The position numbers were made by a program, and so were the translations under genes. Of a stretch of 64,000 nucleotides of DNA, positions 1 to 8,101 are shown piece after piece. The notes under the pieces are model-generated. The model was not told the origin of the DNA, searched no databases, and worked only from the letters and a program-made list of their open reading frames with translations. The DNA is from an uncultured Hyphomicrobiales bacterium (GTDB lineage: Bacteria; Bacteroidota; Ignavibacteria; Kapaibacteriales; UBA2268). The first letter of the stretch is position 1; each line of letters begins with the position of its first letter. The stretch spans positions 80,025 to 144,024 of the forward strand of contig CAZDXB010000003.1 in assembly GCA_964509335.1 (NCBI GenBank), read 5' to 3'.

Positions 1-1934
1 CGCCTTTGTTTTTCGAAATTGACGACGTAAAAGTAAATTTAATAGACACTCCCGGCTACAGCGATTATCAGGGCGAGTTAATCGGACCGACGCGAGCGGT
101 CGAAAACGTCGCCGTCGTATTAAACGCGCAAACCGGAGTGGATATGGGGTCTGAAAGCGCTTTTGATTTAGCGAAAAAAAACAAAAAGACAACTATTTTT
201 ATTATAAATAAGTTGGACTTAGAACAAGCAAAGTTCGACCAGGCAGTTGAAGAACTTAAGGAAATGTACGGCAATTCTTGCACTTTAGTTCAGTTTCCTT
301 TAAAAACCGGACCGGGAGCGAACGCTATTATCGACGTCATAGATATGAAGTTGTATGAATATTCAGGAGACGGCAAAGCTCAAGAAAAAGACATTCCGGA
401 TTCCGAAAAAGAGAAAGCCGAATCTTTGCGCAACGAGTTAATAGAGTCGATAGCAGAAACCGACGAAGAGTTGATGGACAAATATTTTGAGCAAGGCGAG
501 CTGTCCGAAGACGATTTTAAAGGCGGTTTTAAGAAAGCTGTCGCCGAACGTCAGATTTATCCTATATTGTGCGCTTGCGGCAAATCCAACGTGGGAACCG
601 ATAAGATTTTAGAGTTCGCCGCGAAATATATGCCTTCCCCGGATATGACGCCGGCTTGGAAAACAACGGACGACCAACTTATTTCTTTGAGCGTGAATCA
701 ACCTATCAGCTTGTTTGTTTATAAAATGTTTTCCGAAGCTCATTTGGGCGATATGACTTACTTCAAAGTCGTTTCGGGAAATCTTAAAACGGCGACTGAT
801 TTGATAAACGAACAAAAGAACGCGACCGAGAGGTTCAATCAGTTATTTGCGGTGAACGGTAGGAAGCGCGAGGAAGTTGATTCGCTGGCGGCAGGCGATT
901 TAGGAGCTACGGTCAAGTTGAAGTCAACTCAAATAAGCCATACTTTACACGAAAAAGGCAAGAATATTGTCTATCCAGAATTAGAGTATCCTCAACCAAT
1001 AGTGAGAACGGCTATCGCTCCGGTAACAAAAGGCGAGGAGGAGAAAGTCGGTATGGGGTTGAACTCTATCTGTCAGGAAGACCCTTCATACAAGTTCGAG
1101 CATTCGCAGGAATTGCGACAGATGATTTTATACGGTCAGGGGGAAATGCACTTGTCTTCGGCTAAATGGCGTTTGGAAGATAGATTCAAAGTCGAATCGG
1201 AATTCATTAAGCCGAAAGTTCCCTACAGGGAAACTATTCAAAAACAAGTTAAAACCAGCTATCGACATAAAAAGCAAACGGGCGGCGCCGGACAATTCGC
1301 GGAAGTTTATATGATGGTTGAACCTTACGTTGAAGACGCTCCCGTTCCAAAAGAATACTCAGTTAGAGGACGCGATATATACGATTTGGATTGGGGCGGT
1401 AAGTTAGAGTTCATAAATAGTATCGTAGGCGGCGCTATCGACCAAAGATTTTTGCCGGCAATTATGAAGGGCGTGATGGAGAAAATGGAGATTGGCCCTT
1501 TGACAGGCTCTTACGCCCGAGATATTAGACTTATAATACACGACGGCAAAATGCACTCGGTCGATTCAAACGAAGCCGCTTTCAAAACCGCCGGTATGAT
1601 GGCTTTCAAAGAAGCTTTCATTAAAGCTAATCCTAAATTGTTGGAGCCGGTTTACAACGTAAAAATCAAAGCCCCCAAGGAGTACGTAGGCGATATTATG
1701 AGCGATTTGCCGTCTCGTAGAGCCATTATTCAGGGAATCGATTCTGAAGGACGTTATCAGCAAGTGAACGCGGTTATGCCTTTGGCGGAACTGGACAGAT
1801 ATTCTTCGGCTCTTCGCTCGATGACTCAAGCGAAGGCTACTTTTTCCGCCGAATTTGCTGAATACCAAGCAGTTCCGGCGAACGTTCAGGAAGAATTGAT
1901 TAAAGAATATAACAAAGAAGAAGAGGAAGAATAA
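1..1934 (+). CDS. Elongation factor G paralog (EF-G-like translational GTPase), 5' end truncated by the window start
   Basis: The reading frame is open from the window start. It carries a G3 motif DTPGY (nt 45-59), a G4 motif NKLD, and EF-G domain II-V-like sequence (GGAGQFAEV, etc.), and ends in an acidic EEEEE tail. Tyr replaces the canonical His of DTPGH. Confidence 0.8.
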   Translation, partial: PLFFEIDDVKVNLIDTPGYSDYQGELIGPTRAVENVAVVLNAQTGVDMGSESAFDLAKKNKKTTIFIINKLDLEQAKFDQAVEELKEMYGNSCTLVQFPLKTGPGANAIIDVIDMKLYEYSGDGKAQEKDIPDSEKEKAESLRNELIESIAETDEELMDKYFEQGELSEDDFKGGFKKAVAERQIYPILCACGKSNVGTDKILEFAAKYMPSPDMTPAWKTTDDQLISLSVNQPISLFVYKMFSEAHLGDMTYFKVVSGNLKTATDLINEQKNATERFNQLFAVNGRKREEVDSLAAGDLGATVKLKSTQISHTLHEKGKNIVYPELEYPQPIVRTAIAPVTKGEEEKVGMGLNSICQEDPSYKFEHSQELRQMILYGQGEMHLSSAKWRLEDRFKVESEFIKPKVPYRETIQKQVKTSYRHKKQTGGAGQFAEVYMMVEPYVEDAPVPKEYSVRGRDIYDLDWGGKLEFINSIVGGAIDQRFLPAIMKGVMEKMEIGPLTGSYARDIRLIIHDGKMHSVDSNEAAFKTAGMMAFKEAFIKANPKLLEPVYNVKIKAPKEYVGDIMSDLPSRRAIIQGIDSEGRYQQVNAVMPLAELDRYSSALRSMTQAKATFSAEFAEYQAVPANVQEELIKEYNKEEEEE

Positions 1935-1989
1935 AATCTTCTCGGTAGATTAAGGAAATTAGCGAATAATATTTCTAGTATACATCGTA

Positions 1990-2020
1990 GGGGTTCAAGA
2001 TTTTGAACCCCTATTTTATT
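1990..2020. terminator. Bidirectional rho-independent terminator between the convergent EF-G paralog and lat
   Basis: Hairpin GGGGTTCAAGATTTTGAACCCC is followed by TATTTTATT. It lies between the convergent stop codons at 1934 and 2029. Confidence 0.5.
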
Positions 2021-2028
2021 AACGGCTC

Positions 2029-3375
2029 TTAAACTTCTTTCATTGCTTCTTCGATTATATCGAAAGCTTCGCTCATTTGTCTTTCCGTTAAATTAAGCGG
2101 CGGTCTGAATCTAACGCTCGCTTTCCCGCTCGGTAAAATGAACAATCCTTTTTGGAAGCAATTGTCTAAGAATTTCTTTCTAAGGTCGGCGGATTTCATA
2201 TTAAAAGCACAGAGCAAGCCTCTCCCTCTGGGGTTATATATGACGTTGGGGAATTTTCGCTCTAAATTCCGAATTCTGTCGAGCAATTTGTCGCCCATTT
2301 TAGCGGCGTTATCTATAAGATTTTCTTCGTCGATTATTTCCATATATTTGGTCGATCTTGCCATATCCACAAGATTGCCTCCCCAAGTTGAATTAATTCT
2401 GCTGGAAAGATGGAATACGTTGTCTTTTACTTCGTCGATTCTATCTGTCGAGGCGATTCCGCAAGTTTGCATTTTTTTGCCGAAAGCGAAAATATCGGGA
2501 ACTACTCCGAAATGCTCGAAAGCCCACCACTTGCCTGTTATTCCCGCTCCGCTTTGTATTTCGTCGAATATTAGTAGAGCGTCGTTTTCGTAGGTTAGCT
2601 CTCTGAGTTTTTGAAGGAATTCCTTTCGGAAATGATTGTCGCCTCCTTCTCCTTGAATCGGTTCTATTACAATAGCGGCGATGTCGTCTTTGTTGTCGCG
2701 GAAAGCTTGTTTGATTTGCTCTATCGCTTGGTTTTCTAATTCGACTACTTCTTCTATATTCTCTTCCAACGGGAATTTGATTTTCGGATTTACTACTCTG
2801 GGCCAATCGAATTTAGGGAAATACTTTACTTTGTTGAGGTCGGTGTTGGTCAAAGACATCGTATAGCCCGACCTGCCGTGAAAAGCTTCTTCGAAATGAA
2901 TAACTTTAAAGCCGCGTTCGGATTTGTATCCTTTGGCGAAATTTTTCCTTACTTTCCAGTCGAAAGCGGCTTTTAGGGCGTTTTCGACCGCTAAGGCTCC
3001 GCCCGAGATGAAGAAAGAGTATTTGTACTCGGAAGGCAAGGCGATTTTAAAAAGCGTTTTTACGAAAGTAGCGATAACAGTTGTGTAAACGTCCGGATTG
3101 GACGGTTTGTTAACGGCTACTCTACCTATGTAGTCGAGAAAATCTTTTTCCAATAGCTTTGGGTGATTTATTCCAATCGGCATTGACGCGATACAGGAAA
3201 AGAAATCGAGATATTTCTTACCGGTTCTTTTATCGACAAAGTAAAAACCTTGGCTTTCGTTTAAATCAAGAACGAAATCGAATCCGTCCACGAGCGTATA
3301 TTTCTTTAGTTCGTTCAGAACGTTTTCAGGCTCTACGAAATACTTTGCTATGTCCATTTTCATAAAAACCTCCAT
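2029..3375 (-). CDS. lat: L-lysine 6-transaminase (lysine epsilon-aminotransferase), class III PLP aminotransferase
   Basis: 448 aa. Class III signature DEIQSGAGITG, PLP-binding lysine region FGKKMQTCG, EPIQGEGGD. Strong resemblance to LAT family blocks (FVxDLxxSxGxYxVDxxTGxxYLD, SGGALAVENALKAAFDWK, RINSTWGGNL, RGRGLLCAF, VRFRPPL). RBS GGAGG upstream. Confidence 0.8.
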   Translation of the reverse strand: MEVFMKMDIAKYFVEPENVLNELKKYTLVDGFDFVLDLNESQGFYFVDKRTGKKYLDFFSCIASMPIGINHPKLLEKDFLDYIGRVAVNKPSNPDVYTTVIATFVKTLFKIALPSEYKYSFFISGGALAVENALKAAFDWKVRKNFAKGYKSERGFKVIHFEEAFHGRSGYTMSLTNTDLNKVKYFPKFDWPRVVNPKIKFPLEENIEEVVELENQAIEQIKQAFRDNKDDIAAIVIEPIQGEGGDNHFRKEFLQKLRELTYENDALLIFDEIQSGAGITGKWWAFEHFGVVPDIFAFGKKMQTCGIASTDRIDEVKDNVFHLSSRINSTWGGNLVDMARSTKYMEIIDEENLIDNAAKMGDKLLDRIRNLERKFPNVIYNPRGRGLLCAFNMKSADLRKKFLDNCFQKGLFILPSGKASVRFRPPLNLTERQMSEAFDIIEEAMKEV

Positions 3376-3833
3376 AATTTATTATTTTAGAATTTTATTT
3401 ACTTTTGGGCGCGACGCTATAAGCTTAACTAAAAGCTAAAGCAAAATGGCGTATTGGGTTTAATCTATAGTTGGGAAGAAGAGTTATGCTGGGGGACGGC
3501 GAAGATATCTCTCGAACCGAGACAACTGATAAAAGAGTTGCCTCTTATAGTTCCTTTACAAATCAAATCTTCGCTCGCTATTAACGTTTCTCTTCTCATA
3601 TAATCAATATACAAAAATTCTAAATAAAAAATCAACCCCTTTTTTTAAAAAAAGTTATTGAATAATAGATAAATTATTTTTATCTTTGGCTTTGGTATAA
3701 AATAGATAGTTAAAATGTTTTTTGTTTATGAGCTTTTTTGTAGATTAGTATCGGGCTAATTGGTTTGCAGCGGTCAACTGTGAAACTAAGTTATAAAAAA
3801 AGTTTACTTGAATAATTAGGAGAAAAAGTTAGT

Positions 3834-5177
3834 ATGGCAGTACAAACGAAAATGAAGAAGCATTATAAAGTACAAGCGCAGCACGTAATTATTTTCTTAG
3901 CTATGTTGGCGGCTTTATTTATTCTGAGTTTCTTTCAGGGCATACCTAGAGGAACGGCCGGTTTTATTGTTCCGCTGTTTCAACCGAGCGGCGAGCAGCT
4001 AGAAAAGACTGGATTTGTGAAGTTCGAAGGATTGGTTTGGGCTTCTACGCTTAAAGAAAAGGAGAAAGAACTCCAAGGCGGTAAAGAGATAAAGAAGGAC
4101 CATATAAATAGAGAGTTTATTTTCGATTTCTCTTTTGTTCCGAGAGATTACGATAAACACGGTTACAAAAAAGAAAAGTGGGAGTTTTACGCCAAAAGCG
4201 AGATACTGGGAGAGTATCCGATTATTTTGGAGCCTTGGGTTGGCTTCTGGATTATCGCTTTAGTTATTGCGCTGATTATATCGGCGTTAATTACAATGTT
4301 GCTGCCAAGCAACTTAGGAGTTCTCGCGGTTCTTTTTGAAAAACAAATTGAAAACAACAAAGTGAAGATACGTCTTCAGACCGGTTTTTCCGAAGATATT
4401 GTCAATATATTAATCAAACCGGAAGATAAATTAGCCGAAGAAGATAGAGACAAAGTGGCGAGCGCTTTCAGATATATCTGGGACAACACTTTTATTGAAG
4501 ACCCATCTGGAACCGGACACGTTGTTACATTTGACGAAAGATTCGACGACAACACCGATTTGGCAACTTTTAGAAACAATTACATCTACGAAAGAATTCG
4601 CGAATACTATTCAGATTTTGTTGTTACCGAAATTGAGGACACCAAAGACGGTTTAGTCTGGAGAAGAAACCATTTGCTTTTTGGCAAAGGTTTGAGATTG
4701 TATATGGCGCACCACTTTACTGAAAAATATTCCAATAACGTAACCGGCGGCGCATACGGCGGAGCGGCGTTCCTTATTTTAGCGGTTGGCATTAGGGGGT
4801 TGAAATTTATTCCCGCCCAAAAGCCTTCGCTAATCCTTTTAGCTATATTCTTAGAGTTCTCAATGTTGTCAATGTTGGCTATTACTCTTTTCTACACTGA
4901 GGAAGAGGAGAGAATGGATAAGATGTTGAAGAAGATGGAGGACGCTAACAGGAGTCAGCTTGCAACGTTGAAGGGACAGCAACAGGATATTCACCAGTTA
5001 ACTAACGCTCTGGTAGGTCAAACCGCCGAAATAATTAAAAATAGAGTAGAAAAAACAATATCCGAATATATGGCGAGCAGCGAAAACGTGGACAAAGCTA
5101 TAGCGAACGAAATAAGTTCTAAAATTATGAAGGGGATACGTAGCGCTTACTCGCCTGAAGAGGAAGACAAAAAATAA
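3834..5177 (+). CDS. Hypothetical multi-pass membrane protein with C-terminal coiled-coil region
   Basis: 447 aa. Several hydrophobic helices (IIFLAMLAALFILSFF, FWIIALVIALIISALITMLLP, AAFLILAVGI, LILLAIFLEFSMLSMLAITLF). The C-terminal segment is charged and coiled-coil-like. RBS AGGAG 8 nt upstream. No recognisable catalytic motif. Confidence 0.5.
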   Translation: MAVQTKMKKHYKVQAQHVIIFLAMLAALFILSFFQGIPRGTAGFIVPLFQPSGEQLEKTGFVKFEGLVWASTLKEKEKELQGGKEIKKDHINREFIFDFSFVPRDYDKHGYKKEKWEFYAKSEILGEYPIILEPWVGFWIIALVIALIISALITMLLPSNLGVLAVLFEKQIENNKVKIRLQTGFSEDIVNILIKPEDKLAEEDRDKVASAFRYIWDNTFIEDPSGTGHVVTFDERFDDNTDLATFRNNYIYERIREYYSDFVVTEIEDTKDGLVWRRNHLLFGKGLRLYMAHHFTEKYSNNVTGGAYGGAAFLILAVGIRGLKFIPAQKPSLILLAIFLEFSMLSMLAITLFYTEEEERMDKMLKKMEDANRSQLATLKGQQQDIHQLTNALVGQTAEIIKNRVEKTISEYMASSENVDKAIANEISSKIMKGIRSAYSPEEEDKK

Positions 5178-5189
5178 CTTGTCTTTTTG
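5163..5189 (+). terminator. Weak terminator hairpin overlapping the stop codon of the 3834..5177 gene
   Basis: AAGACAA-(8 nt)-TTGTCTT followed by TTT. Confidence 0.35.
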
Positions 5190-5203
5190 AGCTTAGTCAA
5201 TTT

Positions 5204-5238
5204 AAAAGCCGCGCCGTTGAAAAGCGCGGCTTTTTTTA
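5204..5238 (+). terminator. Rho-independent terminator
   Basis: AAAA GCCGCGC cgttgaaaa GCGCGGC TTTTTTT. GC-rich 7-bp stem plus a U-tract, about 30 nt after the stop codon. Confidence 0.7.
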
Positions 5239-5294
5239 TTAATAAGCTTTTCTTAAATTGTTGTTTATAATAGTTATAAATTAATTTTTTTTGG

Positions 5295-7481
5295 ATGAAA
5301 ACCGACAAAGATTTTAATAGCCGACTTGATAGAGAGCATAATTCCAAAGCTCAAAATCAGTTCGACGGAATAACCGACGAAACTTCTAATATATATAAGC
5401 TGGTGGTTGAAAACGCCGGAGACGGTATTCTAGTCGCACAAGACGGTTTAATTAAACTGGCTAATCCTAAACTTTGCGAAATAACCGGTTACGAAGAAAA
5501 CGAATTATTAGAAAGCGATTTTAGGAGCCACGTTTACGAGCTTGACAGAGAATTCGTAATTGATAGATATAAAAGGCGATTGTCGGGCGAAGATATTGAA
5601 AACGAATATTTTTTCCGAGTTATAGATAAGAATAAAATAATCAAATGGATAGAAGTTAAGGTAGTTCTTTTCGAGTGGAAAGGCGACGTCGCTACTTTAA
5701 ATTTCGTTAGGGATATTAGCGAAACTGTCAGAGCCGAGCAAATAGCGATGGCTATGTTCTGGATTGCCAAATCCGTTAACGTTACCGATTCTTTAAGAGA
5801 TTTATATAAAGATATCCATCACGCTTTGGGTAGAATAATTGACGCGACCAACTTCTTTATAGCTTATTACAACAAGGAAAACGGCTCTATAGAATTTCCT
5901 TATTTGGTCGATGAAATCGACGAAGAAAACGTGGTTATAAATATCAAAGATAAAGGGTCTTTAACGGCTGAGATAATAAGGTCGGCTAAACCTTTGTTTA
6001 TGAGGGGCGAGGAGATAAAGGATTTTTTCGGTTCCGGCGATAAAAAAATGTGGGGACCTATGGCTCAATGCTGGGTTGGAGCGCCGTTAAAATTGAAAAA
6101 CGAAGTCATCGGGGCTATTGCCGTGCAAAGCTACGACGACCCGTATCTATATAACGAAAACGACGTTCAGTTAATTGAATCTTTAGCCGAACAAGCGGCG
6201 ATAGCGATTGGAAAGAAAAACGCTGAAGAACAGCTCAGGCAAAGCGAGGAGAAATTCAGAACGGCGTTTGAAACAAGCCCCGACGCTATAGCGATTAGCG
6301 AAGTATCTTCTGGTAAGTATTTAGATATTAATAAAGGCTTTTGCAGACTTACAAAATATTCCAAAGAGGAAATAATTGGGAAAAGTTCAAAAAAACTGGA
6401 GATTTGGGTCAATCCGGAAGATAGGGGAAAGCTTTTAACTGAATTGAACGAAAAAGGTTATTGCGACAATTTAGAAGCTTGGTTCAGGCTCAAAGACGGC
6501 TCGAAAAAACTTGGGTTGCTTTCCGCCAACGTCATTTTTATTAACAAAGAGCCTTGCATTTTAACAATAACCAGAGATATCGACGATATAAGGAAAGCTA
6601 ACGAAAAAATCGAGAAATTGAACTTTGAGCTAGAGCAGAGAGTAGTGGAAAGGACTTCTCAACTACAAGACGCAATGGAGGAACTAAAGATAGAAGTTGA
6701 CAAGAGAAAAGCAATCCAGCGCGATTTAGAAAGATATCAAAAGGAGTTAGCCGTAGCGCTTGAGAAAGAAAAAGAATTGAATCAGTTGAAAACCCGTTTT
6801 GTTTCTATGGTTTCTCACGAATATAGAACGCCTCTTACCGTTATTTACACTTCCGCCGAGCTTTTAGAGCAGTATTTTCGAAGCGCCGACGAAGAGAAGC
6901 ACGAAATGCATCTTGATAGAATTCGAACCTCCGTAAACGGAATGACTAGTTTGTTGGAAGACGTTTTAGTGCTTGGCAAAACCGAATCGGAAATGATGGA
7001 GGTTAAAGCGGATAAATTTAACATTGTGGAAGCCGTCTATGTACAAATTGAAGAGTTGAAGGTTTTGGACAAGGGCGAACACGAGTTTAATTTTGAGTAT
7101 TCCGACCAAGACATACAAGTTTCTCTCGATAGAATGATGGTAAACCACATTCTTGGCAATTTGTTGGCTAACGCGGTTAAATATTCGGAAAAAGGAACTT
7201 CCATTGAAATTCAAATTATTGATTATTCAAATTGGGTTCAAATACAAATTTCCGATTACGGAATTGGAATTCCCGACGAAGATAAGCGAGAAGTTTTCAA
7301 TCATTTTTATAGGGGCGATAATACCATAAAAACGTCCGGCACGGGTTTGGGTTTGTCGATTGTAAAGAGGTGTGTCGATTCGTTAAACGGCTCGATAATT
7401 TTTAGCAGCGAGTTGAACGAGGGAACGACTTTCGAGGTAAATTTGCCAAAATACTACGATAAAGACTCGGCGGCGGATTAA
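5295..7481 (+). CDS. PAS/GAF/PAS sensor histidine kinase (cytoplasmic)
   Basis: 728 aa. PAS-like and GAF-like N-terminal regions and a coiled-coil linker. HisKA H-box FVSMVSHEYRTPL, HATPase N/G boxes (LGNLLANAVKYS, GTGLGLSIVKR). Confidence 0.8.
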   Translation: MKTDKDFNSRLDREHNSKAQNQFDGITDETSNIYKLVVENAGDGILVAQDGLIKLANPKLCEITGYEENELLESDFRSHVYELDREFVIDRYKRRLSGEDIENEYFFRVIDKNKIIKWIEVKVVLFEWKGDVATLNFVRDISETVRAEQIAMAMFWIAKSVNVTDSLRDLYKDIHHALGRIIDATNFFIAYYNKENGSIEFPYLVDEIDEENVVINIKDKGSLTAEIIRSAKPLFMRGEEIKDFFGSGDKKMWGPMAQCWVGAPLKLKNEVIGAIAVQSYDDPYLYNENDVQLIESLAEQAAIAIGKKNAEEQLRQSEEKFRTAFETSPDAIAISEVSSGKYLDINKGFCRLTKYSKEEIIGKSSKKLEIWVNPEDRGKLLTELNEKGYCDNLEAWFRLKDGSKKLGLLSANVIFINKEPCILTITRDIDDIRKANEKIEKLNFELEQRVVERTSQLQDAMEELKIEVDKRKAIQRDLERYQKELAVALEKEKELNQLKTRFVSMVSHEYRTPLTVIYTSAELLEQYFRSADEEKHEMHLDRIRTSVNGMTSLLEDVLVLGKTESEMMEVKADKFNIVEAVYVQIEELKVLDKGEHEFNFEYSDQDIQVSLDRMMVNHILGNLLANAVKYSEKGTSIEIQIIDYSNWVQIQISDYGIGIPDEDKREVFNHFYRGDNTIKTSGTGLGLSIVKRCVDSLNGSIIFSSELNEGTTFEVNLPKYYDKDSAAD

Positions 7482-7489
7482 TTGCCAAG

Positions 7490-8101
7490 TTAGTATATAT
7501 TTTTTTCGTTGATGTACTTTCTTACTTTTGGGGGAACGGCGTCCGAGATTGTTCTGCCCTTTTGGACTTTTTCCCTGATTTTGGTCGAAGAAATTGGGTC
7601 TGTTTTAATGTCGAGTTTAATAGGTTGTGTTATCCCATTGGGGGCGTCCGCTACTATTTGCTCGATATTTATATTGTAGTTCGGTCTTTCGACAATACAT
7701 AGAGTCGATAATTTGAGTATCCTTTCCCAGTTTTTCCATTCTTTGAAGCTTTCGGCTTGGTCGGCGCCGATTAGTAGATACAATTCGGGGTTTTGATATT
7801 TTTGTCGTAGATATTCCAGAGTCTCGTATGTGTAAGATATCCCTTTTTTCTCGATTTCGTAGGTTTCAATTTCGAACTTATCTTTTTGCTCTAAAGCGAG
7901 TTGGAGCATTTTTATTCTTTTTTTATCGTCGGCTATTTGCTCTGATTTTTCACCGACTTTGAAAGGCGAAATATGCGCCGGAACGAATAAGCATTTGTCG
8001 AGACTCATCTTTTCGACGAATTGTTCGGCTACGTAAAGGTGTTGCTTGTGGACGGGATTAAAGGTTCCGCCGAAAACGCCGATTTTTTTCTTTTGTTCCA
8101 T
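7490..8101 (-). CDS. nadD: Nicotinate-nucleotide adenylyltransferase
   Basis: 203 aa. N-terminal GxFGGTFNPVHxxHL nucleotidyltransferase motif and SSTxIR motif near the C-terminus. Confidence 0.85.
   Translation of the reverse strand: MEQKKKIGVFGGTFNPVHKQHLYVAEQFVEKMSLDKCLFVPAHISPFKVGEKSEQIADDKKRIKMLQLALEQKDKFEIETYEIEKKGISYTYETLEYLRQKYQNPELYLLIGADQAESFKEWKNWERILKLSTLCIVERPNYNINIEQIVADAPNGITQPIKLDIKTDPISSTKIREKVQKGRTISDAVPPKVRKYINEKNIY

Noticed and set aside
2441-2806. Arg-rich 121-aa ORF (MAQSSKSENQ...RRRRRQ) on the minus strand
   Set aside because: It lies entirely inside the lat coding region in another frame, and the composition is typical of out-of-frame translation of AT-rich coding DNA. 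The same reasoning rejects 11301..11492 and 57092..57397 (Arg-rich ORFs inside the giant vWA gene and the T9SS gene) and 16913..17524 (Ser-rich antisense ORF inside the hybrid kinase).
3376-3833. Looked for a lysine riboswitch (L box) upstream of lat, and for any riboswitch in the 458-bp divergent leader
   Set aside because: The reverse complement contains an AGAGGC motif, but the other conserved L-box elements (GAGGCGC core, GGTGAAA, CCGAAGG, UGGAG-GC) are not recognisable. The region is simply AT-rich, so no call is made without a covariance-model scan.
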